In this document: positions 25,001-37,695 of the stretch, in pieces
Position numbering within the stretch: the stretch's first letter is position 1
Layout: every line of letters starts with the position of its first letter
Assembly (NCBI GenBank): GCA_964035545.1
Contig: OZ037767.1
Span: 1,375,680 to 1,439,679, forward strand
Reading direction: 5' to 3'
Length of the DNA: 64,000 nucleotides
Origin: Bugula neritina
Taxonomy: Eukaryota; Animalia; Bryozoa
Made by a program: the position numbers and the translations under genes
The notes under the pieces: model-generated
The model's input: only the letters and a program-made list of their open reading frames with translations
What the model was told of the DNA's origin: nothing
The model's database searches: none

Positions 25001-27656
25001 CATGTGCTATAAGGGTGAGTATACAGTGTAGAACATGTGCTATAAGGGTGAGTATACAGTGTAGAACATGTGCTATAAGGGTGAGTATACAGTGTAGAAC
25101 ATGTGCTATAAGGGTGAGTATACAGTGTAGAACATGGGCTATAAGGGTGAGTATACAGTGTAGAACATGTGCTATAAGAGTGAGTATACAGTGTAAAACA
25201 TGTGCTATAAGGGTGATTATACAGTGTAGAACATGTGCTATAAGGGTAAGTATACAGTGTAGAACATGTGCTATAAGGGTGATTATACAGTGTAGAACAT
25301 GTGCTATAAGGGTGATTATACAGTGTAGAACATGTGCTATAAGGGTGAGTATACAGTGTAGAACATGTGCTATAAGGGTGAGTATACAGTGTAGAACATG
25401 GGCTATAAGGGTGAGTATACAGTGTAGAACATGTGCTATAAGAGTGAGTATACAGTGTAGAACATGTGCTATAAGGGTGAGTATACAGTGTAGAGCATGT
25501 GCTATAAGGGTGAGTATACAGTGTAGAACATGTGCTATAAGGGTGAGTATACAGTGTAGAACATGTGCTATAAGGGTGAGTATACAGTGTAGAACATGTG
25601 CTATAAGGGTGAGTATACAGTGTAGAACATGTGCTATAAGGGTGAGTATACAGTGTAGAACATGTGCTATAAGAGTGAGTATACAGTGTAGAACATGTGC
25701 TATAAGGGTGAGTATACAGTGTAGAACATGTGCTATAAGGGTGAGTATACAGTGTAGAACATGTGCTATAAGGGTGAGTATACAGTGTAGAAAATGTGCT
25801 ATAAGAGTGAGTATACAGTGTAAAACATGTGCTATAAGGGTGATTATACAGTGTAGAACATGTGCTATAAGGGTGATTATACAGTGTAGAACATGTGCTA
25901 TAAGGGTAAGTATACAGTGTAGAACATGTGCTATAAGGGTGAGTATACAGTGTAGAACATGTGCTATAAGAGTGAGTATACAGTGTAGAACATGTGCTAT
26001 AAGAGTGAGTATACAGTGTAGAACATGTGCTATAAGGGTGAGTATACAGTGTAGAGCATGTGCTATAAGGGTGAGTACACAGTGTAGAACATGTGCTATA
26101 AGGGTGGGTATACTGTATTCTGTGATCCCTAATTGGCTGCAAATATTTTGTAGTGTGTTTTCTAGGTAGTTAATTTCTAACCTGTGGGGGAAAGTTTGCG
26201 GTAAAAGCAATTCTGAACTCTTATATTTGTTATGGCCATAGAACAGGTCTATTATACTTACTCATACAAAACTTTATCAACATTTTTATGCTGGTTATAA
26301 CTTACTATATTATGAACCTGTTTGGTTATTATTATTACTTACCTGTAGGTTGTTGGGCTGATGAGTTCTGTACACGTTCATAGAGAGAAAATTAGAGTAG
26401 AAGAGAGAGCTAGTGGGTATTCTACACTCTGCTGTATCTGGTTATATTCTACTTCTTTCATAGAGTTTACATAGTTATTCCTAATCATCAATGGATTGTT
26501 TCACATTGTTAATTAAACGTAGAGTTAAGGAATTGTTACCTAAAGCTCAAAACACATGAATATTGTGTCTGTGTATGACAATATAATACCTCATGTTACG
26601 TGTGAAGCAGCTGTGCTGTAATAGCATGGAGCCATCTCCATGTTTGAGAGTTGAACTGAAACTGGAAAGTGTAAATTAGAATCTAAATCCGTATTTTGCC
26701 AATAAAATGATTTAATATAAGGAAGTGCTCAGTTGGAGTGCAGATTTAAGTGTCTCAAATAGTTGCTAGCCTTTGCACCCATCACCTGGTCTAATTGAAT
26801 ATTTATCTCAAACACAGACCAGGAGGCTGAAGCCAAGGCTAAAGCTGAAGAGGAGAAGACTGAGAGGAAAAGACAGAAGCAGTTGGAGAAAGAGAGACGC
26901 AGACAGGAATATCTGCTGCAGAAACAACACAAACCTGAGTCTGAGGGTCAGGGTATCACTAACATATCAGGTAAGTTGGCAGGTAAATAAGCCTCAATGA
27001 AGCATGGTAACCTTGGTAAAAATTTGAAATTTTATATGTAATTTATTTTAACTACTAGTTTTGAGAATTATTTAAACCTCAAAATCCTTCATAGAATAAA
27101 CTAAAATGTTATTAAAATTTAGTTTTACTGTAATATACATCTGATTGGTCTACTCAGTATTTAACTTCCACATACAAGTTTTAGTTCACAGTGAATGTTG
27201 TTGTGATATTTTGGCAGAATTTAACCTAAGTTCTGCTTTAGCAGGTGATTGTAAAGATGGTGGGACTGTTGACAGCCCTAAAAATACAACAGAGAGGAAA
27301 TCTTCAGGTATGAATAGTCTATTCAGCAGCTTCACAACTACTGATACATACTTTGATATATTTAATAGCATTTCTGTGTGATAGTAAACACATGTACGTT
27401 GCCTGAATTTTATTATAATTATTATGCTCGTCTTCCTGCAGGTGGAGTTAGCAGTGTGCTGATGCTAATATTCTTGTCTGCAATATTCACTGCTGCCCTG
27501 GTATATGCAGCATACTTCTATTGTGAGAGTGATTCTAAACCTCCGCTGCCAATCTGCCGCACTCCTGTGATGCTCGCTGTCAGAGACTTTGTCAATGATA
27601 ATGTTAAACCACTCATAGCTGCCCTAACAAATGGATTCCATAGGACTGCGGACTGA
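22052..27656 (+). CDS. LRRC59: Leucine-rich repeat-containing protein 59 (ER/nuclear-envelope membrane protein), ~312 aa; exons 22052-22171, 22718-22774, 23064-23181, 24371-24519, 26349-26412, 26818-26970, 27245-27307, 27442-27656
   Basis: LKEKFEDGELDLSLSSL...HLVKLDLSKN...LVWLDVRDNPL...AGDCLDDRQCRTCAIRV matches the recalled LRRC59 motif AGDCLDEKQCKQCANKV, followed by a charged coiled coil (EKERRRQEY) and a C-terminal TM helix. Exons sum to 939 nt. Confidence 0.93.
23416..24233. mobile_element. MITE-like non-autonomous DNA transposon (PIF/Harbinger-like termini), ~820 bp, in LRRC59 intron 3
   Basis: ~35-bp TIR AGGCCTGGCCACACGAT(C/A)GTGAGAATCACACGAAA with one mismatch; right flank TTA, left flank not a matching TSD. 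Confidence 0.85.
24496..26113 (+). repeat. 33-bp minisatellite x49 made of the last 24 nt of LRRC59 exon 4 plus the first 9 nt of the intron
   Basis: CAGTGTAGAACATGTGCTATAAGG|GTGAGTATA; first unit at 24496, last at 26080 (1584/33 = 48 intervals); no indels or stops in the coding frame. Confidence 0.98.
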
Positions 27657-28789
27657 TGCTCATTATGAATATATTTAATATTGATCATATGTTTATAAAA
27701 TAAAAAGAAACTATTTTCTTTGTTTTATTTTATTGGTTTTAATAATTTTTTTATTATTGGCTAGAATGAAATTATTATGACAATTGGTAATAACTGCTAA
27801 AATTTTATTTGTAATCAAGAAAATTACTTTTTGAATATGCAATGCATTATGTAATTTTATTTAAATGTTACTAAATATAGCTATAATATGTAAGGTTGAC
27901 TAGCTTCCACTTTTCTTGTTCTAAAGTGATAGCTTGGCATGTGCGTTATACTAAAATTTAAAAACAGCATTTATTGCCTAGCTATCTATGAGTTTGAAAA
28001 TCATAGTTCTATAAGATCTGTTAATAAAATTGTTATAAATATAGAAGCTATCACATGGGATGTATTTAATAAGATCTTATACAAATACTAAGCAAGCACA
28101 CATTTGAACTTGAATGGGAATTCCTAAATTTAAAAGAAGTACTAAAACTTAAATAACCTATTGCAAATTATAACCAGTAAAAATTCTAACTGCAATGGAT
28201 ATAAAAATAGACTCGAGTGTGGTAATAATACACATTTTGTCCATAGTTATTCGTAAACCGACTGGCACCTGTCAGCAAGTTGATGTTAATAGTTGCCTTT
28301 TCCTGTTTTCTTAATCTCAGCGGGAAAAGTTTAACCCCCTGACCTCAATAAATAACAGCCGCGGCGTGTGAAGTATGATTCTATAGGAACGGCGGTAATT
28401 TTTAGTTTTATGATTTTAGGCTACAACCTGCAGCAGACGACGTTTCATCCTTTCGACTGATAGTCTCATTCTAGTTTTGTCGACTCTCTGATAACACTGT
28501 TATTTCAGCACCGACTTACGCAAAGTTCATCTATTACTAACCTTTGAATACATTCTCATTCTACAACCTAGTAAGTAGTAATTTCAGTATAATAACACAG
28601 AACAATATTGCAATCATTATGATTAGATTTCTTTTTTTTAGATATTTCTCAACTTTAGTTTACAAAATGAAAATGAAAATCTGATGTCTATTGCAATTGG
28701 ACTTTGCAATGCTTTTACTAAATTAGCAATGCTTCTTTTAACACTAATATTTATTTTAGTAGTTGGAAGCAAAAATTAAATATAAATAA

Positions 28790-29410
28790 TTCTAATAGTG
28801 TTACTAATACTATTAGTAATACTAATAGTAATAGTGCTATACCAAGAGTTTAATACTAATACTAATAAGTAATAGTAATACTAATAGTAATACTAATACT
28901 GTAATAGTAATACTGAGAAACAATAGTCTCAGTACTACTAGTAGTAGTAGTAGTATTTCTAGGTCTAGCAGTAAAAGTTACCATCTTATAATTATAGCAA
29001 TATACTTAAAGTAGAAACAGTGAATTATTACTATTAGTATTTATATTATTAGCAAATCGAATTAAAGTGTTAATATTACTATTAGTATTATAAGTGCAAG
29101 TGTATACAGTAAACACCTTCCTAAAGTTTTTACTGTTGCAAATAGTAATAGCATTGGTTAGCAGTAGTACTAGTAGAGATACTCAGTTTGAGTTTAATTG
29201 ATTATACATGTTGAAATAACATCTACTTTGTATGCATCAATTACATGAATAAATAAATTATACATATGGTATATATACTTAAAGTTAATATTTATTATTA
29301 TTATATTACTATTAGTAAATGCTAAATTTGTATTGCTTTAAATTCAAATTGAATTATTATTGTTACTAGTGCTAGTACTAGTACTAGTAGTAGTACTCGA
29401 GTAGTACTAT
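28790..29410. repeat. AT-rich low-complexity (TAG/AAT/TAC)n region upstream of PRDM9
   Basis: Runs of AGTAATACTAAT, TAGTAG and TATTAT. Confidence 0.6.
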
Positions 29411-29723
29411 TTTTTCTAATTTTTTTTCTGAATTGAATTGAGCTAATAATAATCAAAATATCACCTGCTCAGGATTAGCACCACTTAAAAGTTCTATCTC
29501 GCTCTAATTTTAACAATTTAAGCTCAAAAAATGAAACCATCTGTGATTAAAACTAATTTTAAAGCCAACAAATTTTAAATATGGAGTAGTAGAACAATAA
29601 ATTGTAAAATATGTTATCCTAAAACTTAATTAGGTATTGAAAATGTAACACCTTCATATTTTTGACAGATTTTAAGCGTTATAAATTGTTTACATTCTCA
29701 TAGCATATGTTAATAGGCTAACA

Positions 29724-32700
29724 ATGTCTGGAGAAATGGGAAAATGTGCTAAACTCTCAGACTATTTTTCTGAAGACCAAATTAAAGGGATGGGCAGATA
29801 TGAAAGAACACGGAATGAAAATCTCATTCGGAATTACAACTATATGAAGTCTATAGGTGAACCTTGTACTGCTTTACCGAGTAATAAAATATTTCCATTG
29901 CTTGTTATAGAAAATATAGTTGCTAAAATAAATTCTGTTATTTCCTATATTGAGTTGCATACAAGTATTCATAACTTTTATAAGTTTTAAAAATGTCACC
30001 AGTTTCTTTCATATTTAGGACTGGGTACTATCAAACCTCCTTTTCCAAAGAAGAAAGAAATTCTAAAGCAGCCTCTGGCTGAGAGAAAGTCATGGGGTTC
30101 CTTGGAGAAAGATGGAGAGGCGGCTGCTAACACCCGTCCAGTTCGAGGTATGTTGTTTGGTCCATTTTTATCTGGAATTTATGTGATTTTAATTAAAGCT
30201 ATGTGGATGTAGCCAGTTATTTTCTAGGTCAAAGTATTCAGATTTTTGCACATATTTAACACACACGCGCGCACACACAGTTGCGTGTTGTAAACTTCTG
30301 TTCTTTATACATAACACCTTCAAAATATAATATGTAGTACTTTCAGTATCCAAAAACTATATTAGATGTGTTTTTTTGAACCTCTCTTCAATTGCAGTGA
30401 TAATTAAGCTCTTTATATAAGTTTATTTTATTAAAAGCAATATTCAAACAACACAATTTTTTCATGAATTAATAGCTGAATATTTTTTCTGTTTCAATTT
30501 AAGATTATGAGAGATTCTTAATAAATGTACGCTATCTGTGTTCCTATTGTTTACTCAACTAATGATTGCTCTGAACAAATCTTTCACCTGCAGAAAGGAA
30601 GACGGTAAAAAGATTTCAGCCTCCTGCACCAAAGTTGCAAGTGGAAAAAACCACCAAGTGTGATGCTAAGGTATAGCAATTCTATTATATTCTGTTTACC
30701 CAATATACTTCAAATTTTACTTTCAGATTCACTTCAAACTATTTGTCTTTTGATCCACACTTTATGCTTCTATATATATTAAAAAGCAATAATGATATAT
30801 CACAAAAGTGCTTTATATTGTATAGTCAGGCAGGTTTGTAATACACCTGCAGTTTGACGAGTCATTTAACAGTCAAATGATGGACTCTGAATGAATTAAC
30901 CTACTGATGTACACATCAGTTCTGATTCAAGTTTGTCTAAAATATTAAATTGTTTGCCCAATTTAGAAAAAAATATTACAGACTCAACTAATTTTCAACA
31001 TTCATAAGTTTAAAGGATCTTATTACAGAATGCAGATGCTGACACTAATGGGCAATTAGACAGCAGTTTTGAATCTGAAGATTTGGAGTGGTCAACGCAG
31101 AGTTCCTCTTCTGAAGACTCTGATGATGACTACAATGAGGAGAATATTCCAGTAAAGAAGAGAAGAATTCTGAAACCAAAAGGTAGTATGAGAGAATAAC
31201 TATACGTAGATAATCTCATGAATACGATATAAGCTATTTATTTTACTAGCTTGTAGAGTTGTGTAAATAATCATATATAGGAATTCACAAGGCAAAAGTT
31301 CATATTGCTTTTGTATTAGGATCAGGAGTTGTAGATTTATAATTTGTAAAAGAATGTTCAAACATTTGAAGTCTTCAATTATGAAGGAAAACTATCTATT
31401 TAACTCTTCTAAAGATTTGAATTGAGTGTTTTTGCTACTCAGCTGCTTCTATTGATACATCAAATTAACTTTCAGCCCATTCATCACGAGTTCTCTTCCG
31501 ACCTCTCAACAACACTAAAATGATAATATACAAAAAGAAGATACTACCCAGGAGGAAGTGTGTGTCGTCAGCCTTTAACTACAAAGAGCAGGATGTGGAG
31601 GATGACGACTCCTACATCTGTATGTATCACAGCACACTTTTCTTGTTATGGTGACGGAGTGTATTATAATGAGAGGAATAGATGGTATACAGTAACACCA
31701 GCTGTGGTCTCAGCTGAAGCACTGAGTGTTTTGGTTGAAGATAAACGCTGCATCTCTCACTTCTCTGTTATACTGATTTATATTTTAGATTGTGAAGAAT
31801 GTCAGCTGGAATATGTGGGTTGTTGTCCACTTCACACTTTAATACCCATACTTGACACTCCAGTATGTATTTCAGTTCTGTTATATGCTTTCTGGTATTA
31901 TTAAACTATTGCAATGTATGATTATGATATATTATGTACTTGGGACATGTGTATATATATGTTCTCGATATATGATTTCTCTGGTGAATACTTGGAATTG
32001 TGTGAATTTTTTTCTCAAATGTTAATTTATTTTTCTGTTATTTATTTCTTGAAATTATTATTGGCTGATTTTTGCATTGACACTTGGTGATAGCATTCAG
32101 CTAGTCATTTATAAGCATCAGTTATACAAAGGCTCTCATGATGTTTACAATATGGCTCTCAGGTGCCACTAGGGGAAGAAAACCGAGCTGAGAAAACTCT
32201 CCCAGCTGGTCTTTCCTTGTCAGCTTCAAAAATAAAGAACGCCGGACGAGGTGTTTGGACAGACCGAGTGATTCCAAAGTTCACCAGGTTTGGGCCGTAT
32301 GAGGGGGTGGAGAAGGTGTGCAGTGACGTGACCAAGGATGAGGTGTCGGGATACGGCTGGCTGGTCAGTGACTCACATCTCTGTGTTATATAACACTGAC
32401 TCCATGAAACCCTTACACTTAGCTGAGCTGTTTCTTAGTTTCAAGTTTGCACAACTCAAGTTTTGCTTGTTAAACCGATAAGATTCGAAAGCACATATTT
32501 TATATAGTTTAATGTTAAGGAATGCGGAAAGATTTAAGTATCCATTTTCTCCTTTCAGATTAACTACAAATTAGCTGGCTGTTCACAATGTCTTATGCAG
32601 TAATGTTTCTATGCAAATGACAGTTCTTTTGCAAACAGCTTTCTCTAAGCAGCCCAAACCATTCTCATTTTTTACAGCTGCCTAGACTAATACTTATTGC

Positions 32701-34331
32701 ACATGCTCAGTGCTAACTAATATAATTTGTTTCCTTAACTGTTACAGGTTGTGAGGGGCTCAGGCTCTTACTATATAGATGGTGAAGATACTCGAACTTC
32801 AAATTGGCTGCGTTACATCAACTGTGCCCGTACCAAGGTGGAACAGAACTTGGAGGCATATCAGTATCAGGGGAAGACTTACTATAAAACTCTCAGAGAG
32901 ATAACCATAGGTGAGAGTATAGTATAATTATACAGTATTAATACACAGTCAGTTCTCTGTAGTTCACACACTTAGCTGGTGGTTCTGTTGTTGCAGGACA
33001 TGAACTGCTGGTTTGGTACGGAGATGATTACGCCGCTGACCTTGGCATTGATAAAGAGAACTATGCTACAGCTGCCTGTCCTCTAATTGGTTAGTTTTTG
33101 CTGCTCAAGTTGTCATATGTTATCTTGTAGCAATATGATAGTGTTGTATTAAAGTGAGATGTCAAAGTTTCCCCATCAGGTTTAGAGCAAGTTTTATAAT
33201 TTCAGTGAATGTTGTGTTGAAAGTTAGACAACTTTATGGGAACCCATGTTCACAGACTTTATTTTCTCCAGCAGCTCCCCAACAGCCAAACAGTTCGGCA
33301 GCAAACGCCTCAGTGACTTTCCATTACTGTGATGAGTGTAAAGCTCAGTTTGTGAACAAATCCTCTCTACTCAGGCATAAAAAGTGGCACAAGCAGAGCT
33401 CTTCTAGTAAGTCTACTAGCTTAAAGTTTCCTTTTGTCAAAGTTATGTTTAAAATTTTATTTCATTCCTAATAGCTGTATTTCTTGTTCATTTGCTGAAA
33501 GTTAATGCAACATGACTAATTAATTTAACTCCTAAAATATATCTTCCGAATGATATGCAAATAATATTCATCTTCTACCTCGTACTTAGACAAAAATTCT
33601 ATCCTGCATGGTTGTTGATTAATGTGCAGCCTTAGCAGTAAAGTATTACATGTTATTATGAATCCTCATAATAATTTGTTGCAGCTAAAGAAAATAGTTC
33701 TTCTCCAGTTGAACTAGAAGCTCCCAGAACTATAAAATGTGGAGACTGTGACTTTAGATGCAGTTATCCTGACGAACTCAAGAAACATGTGAAATGTCAC
33801 CGGAAAGGAAGTGAGAAGAAATACAAATGTACTCTGTGTGAGTATAGAAGTGCGTACAGCAGTCACCTACAGACACACTTCAGGACACACAGTGGAGAGA
33901 AGCCATACAAGTGTACTCAGTGTGAGTATAGATGTGCACAGAGCAGTGCTCTACAGACACACCTCAGAACACACAGTGGAGAGAAGCCATACAAGTGTAC
34001 TCTGTGTGAATATAGAAGTGCGTACAGCAGTCACCTACAGACACACTTCAGGACACACAGTGGAGAGAAGCCATACAAGTGTACTCAGTGTGAGTATAGA
34101 TGTGCACAGAGCAGTGCTCTACAGACACACCTCAGAACACACAGTGGAGAGAAGCCATACAAGTGTACTCTGTGTGAGTATAGATGTGCACAGGGCAGTC
34201 ACCTACAGACACACCTCAGGACACACAGTGGAGAGAAGCCATACAAGTGTACTCTGTGTGAGTATAGATGTGCATACAGCAGTACCCTACAGGATCACCT
34301 CAGGACACAACATGCTGGTGAGAAACCTTAG
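29724..34331 (+). CDS. PRDM9: Full-length PRDM9/PRDM7-type histone methyltransferase, ~649 aa; coding exons c1 29724-29856, c2 30019-30147, c3 30594-30670, c4 31029-31182, c5 31476-31619, c6 31789-31862, c7 32163-32363, c8 32748-32910, c9 32997-33089, c10 33272-33406, c11 33685-34331
   Basis: aKRAB (LSDYFSEDQIKGMGRYERTRNENLIRNYNYMKSIGL); SSXRD-like (LPRRK...YKEQDVEDDDSYIY); Zn knuckle (CEEC...CPLH); PR/SET with the three catalytic-site tyrosines (FGPYEG, TYYKT, LLVWYG) plus NWLRYINCAR; post-SET finger; one spacer finger; six tandem 84-bp fingers in one exon. Exons sum to 1950 nt, in frame. Confidence 0.93.
33822..34328 (+). repeat. 84-bp C2H2 zinc-finger minisatellite x6 (PRDM9 array)
   Basis: Near-identical units; recognition helices YSSHLQT, QSSALQT, YSSHLQT, QSSALQT, QGSHLQT, YSSTLQD. 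Confidence 0.95.
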
Positions 34332-36915
34332 TTGAGTGATCGCACATCACCTCTATAACATTGTGACATGTACTGTATAGTATAGTGCATTGCAGTGCAG
34401 CACTAGATGTTTATATCTCATTAGTTGCAATTGTATTGACTATGAGGTACACATTGTATAGGCTTTATATATCTTATATTTCTAGTTTTATGCATTCCTC
34501 TTATAATTTTGTGATACACTCTAATATATATGTGATAAACATGCATGTATTGTTATACCTTTATGCTAGTAGACTATTATATATATGCTATACAGAACTA
34601 CTTCTATATATTTTATACAAATTATCCTTGTATAGTCTACACCATTATAATACATTAGTTGATGGCAGTAGGTTCAGTAATATTATATGCCTAGTAATTT
34701 ACTGCCAATAACATATTTTTCTTGTGTTGATCACAATAGATGTGAATATTATATTTAATATATTATCATATTTGCATATTGTTACCCTATATTATATTAT
34801 TCTAAATTTCTTATAAATAATACTATGATTTATAGGTCACTATCATTCTGATTGGATCTGACCATCGCATATCATTTTGCATTTTCTTTATTTTAACTTG
34901 CAAAACTTTCCTATATATAAATCAAGCAATGTTTATATGCTTTCTTATCTTACTCATTTATGTTTACAAACTATTGAGCATGTGAAAGTTTAGAGTTGCA
35001 CATGCAATATCAATAAAATAATTTTGTCAAATGCAGCTGCTGTGCTCTATCTCTGTGTTGCAATAATTATCCCAATAGGTCGCAGTAGCTTAATGGATTT
35101 AGATTGCATTTTTAAATAGATCAATGTTGTACTGCTACCAGTGACTATCCTGCTTAATATATTTGTCTAGATTTTTATTTATCAAAACCTTTGGTAATTC
35201 AGGGCAAAAATAATGGCCAATAGTTTAATGATGTGATAAAGTAATTACCTAATAATTATGTTTGCCCAAAAATAATGCTGTGGCTAACTGGTTAAAGCTT
35301 TTGGCTGCAATGAAATTATATAACTTTGCTTGTGCTCCAACAACATTTTTCCACCTCTTTGGGATGTTACATCATTTATGCCTTTGTTTAATGATTGTGC
35401 TAAAATAGGCTTGTTATTGTTAGTATTTTGATAAGATTTATGAGAAAGCAACTCTCAACTTGAATAAAAACCCTAATATTATGCAATATTGTTTAGCAGC
35501 TATGACATGGTGGAGAAATCTGTTATATAGGGAGTTGTATAAGGGTTGCCTTTACAGTTTACACAGTTATAAACTAGGTAACAGTGATTAATTAATAAAG
35601 AAATATCACTTGCAACAAACAACTATACTCTAAGAAAGTCAAAGTAGATTATTACACCCTGTAGGTTTAATATAAAATATGTGAGCAGTTACAATTGACT
35701 ACCTTCGAATGCACTTGCCTATACAGTCAATCTTGTTTTGCTTGAGTAATGCTAGGAATTTAGAACTTACTTGAATTATGTTGCAGGTTTGTTAGATGCT
35801 TTGTTAAACTACTTCAAAATACTAACTATATATATAGAGACACTGATTCTAGCTAGTAGCTAAGAACTGAGTGTAACAATTCAACTAGCTTAGAACTTAA
35901 GAAATCTTCAACATAGAGAGCTGTGCACCCCGATTTATATTTCCCGACAATTTATGTTGACCCAATCAAAAACTAGTCTGAAAACGGCTAGCCAATAGCA
36001 TGTATAAGATTATAATACACAAAGCCACGCCTACAAGCAAAAAGTTACTACATCTTCAACTGACAAGCAAGTGCTTGATCTGCTAAGCATGAGTCATACT
36101 GTGAGTCAACAGGTGGTTCTTAAATTCTTCCTCAGCAGCTGAACTTACTGATTGAGAGACAACCATAATGGCTAAAATCTAATTAAAAAATTCTAAATAA
36201 GAGTAGGCTACCTTATAAAGAACAAAAATTCTAGTACAACACCTCCATTCTGTTAGAACAAGCTGTTAGCTCAAACAGCAGAGCATTTTAACTTGTAATA
36301 GAAAACTTTATATTTTGGCTTCTCCCATTTATTTAATATTATCCAGTCTTTTGTTTGTAATGCACAGGCATACCAGTGTGGCTTTATTCAGTTCTTAAAC
36401 AAACCTCCATGAATATAACAAGAAATAGTTGAACAGAATCTGTTAACTGTTTTCCTTAGAATCTGGTAAATAGCTAGGCAGCTTCTGGTTGGTGTGTGAA
36501 ATAATGATCATACTGTGAAGTAGAGAGGGCCACTGTGTAGTTTATTGAATATTAACAAAAGAGGGTAGAACTGAGGGTGAACTGCTCAATATTTCAGTCA
36601 AAAATATATTATTAATTATTAACGCTATATATTATGGGTATAATTTCATACAGTCGGTTCACGATGTACATTACATATGCTAAACATAATCATACAAAAT
36701 CATTATGAAATATTCAACGCAGTTTGAACTAAGTATTAAATACTAAACAATGCTGCAAAATGTAATCATTAAATATGGGAGACTTGGCTAATTCAATCAA
36801 TATAAAACACTACAACAAATATTACCTAATGCATTGCCATGATCAACATGGCACTGTTTAAATTTGTTAACCTATATCTACTACCATAGCCTAAATCTCT
36901 TAAACCAAGTTAGGT

Positions 36916-37355
36916 TTAGCTTGTGGTCTCATCTGAGTCGTACTGTTTGCGGAAACAATCTTCAACAGGAAAGAAATCCCAGCATCTGTTATTATACATT
37001 TCCCAGACGTATGTTTCCTGGCCTGTGTACTCCGTATCCGGTTTTTTTTATCAAATGCATCAAAAAGAACCTAAAAAGTTACCAATAAAATGTTAAAAAT
37101 TCCATAAATGCATATGGAGTGCTAACTATAGCAATAACATTCCCACAACGTAGAAAACAGTGGTGTGTGGTAGCAAAATGTTTACCATAACTAAACCAGA
37201 TTACGCAATAATAATAATTAAAATAAATCATCTTATTCCAATACCGAAAGAGTAAAATAAAGATATGGAAAAAAGTAGTTTCTTACATGTAGTTTGCAAA
37301 GTTGTGTTCTTTCGTAACATGCTTTTGAAACCCGTGTGGATGTTCGTCAAAATAG
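36916..37355 (-). pseudogene. Duplicated ryanodine receptor 3' fragment 1 (last exon, last intron, part of penultimate exon)
   Basis: Near-identical to 58360-58800; truncated at TCGTCAAAATAG; +1 frameshift in the T run at ~37042-37049; 3' UTR similarity extends back to ~36415. Confidence 0.9.
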
Positions 37356-37489
37356 GCAATCCTACTTCCTTTATTAGTAACCAAACAAAAACAGAATTAC
37401 AAGTAGCAAAATAGTAGTACACAGTCTAAAAACACAGAAGTAGCTCTCCAACTCTCTGGGCAGGCTTGGTCACCTCGTCACATACTGAG

Positions 37490-37695
37490 ACACGCCCATT
37501 TTCAGGCTGGCCAATAAGCCTCAGCTTATGAATAACACAGTGAACCAGCCAGCCAATCGCTGTAAATCATTAACAGTCGAACCAATTAGCACTATGGTAT
37601 ACTTCTGTTTCATGAATGCTGTCTAGTCAACAGTTAGTGTTTGGTGAATAAAGTCCTGTGACAACTAGGGAGAACTATTTTAACTACAAGTGAGT
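37490..37695 (+). promoter_or_regulatory. Putative promoter and first non-coding exon of SET-less copy A
   Basis: CACGCCC box at 37491, CCAAT at 37511, 37553 and 37582, donor-like AA|GTGAGT at 37690; the block is conserved before the other ATG-bearing copies. Confidence 0.5.

Noticed and set aside
24496-26113. CRISPR-like array
   Set aside because: Head-to-tail units with no unique spacers, no cas genes, eukaryotic intron context.
24273-26210. 645-aa (LIAHVLHCILT)n and 563-aa (YSTCSTLYTHP)n minus-strand ORFs
   Set aside because: By-products of a stop-free 33-bp repeat derived from the LRRC59 exon end; no independent gene evidence.
35075-35320. tRNA or SINE-like A-box fragments (TAGCTTAATGG, TGGCTAACTGG)
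   Set aside because: No B box or cloverleaf recognisable; at most decayed SINE remnants.
36864-37088. Repeated plus-strand ORF MLTYIYYHSLN... (also at 43901, 52265, 58308)
   Set aside because: It is the antisense of the RyR last exon and starts at TTG; its recurrence is explained by the duplication.
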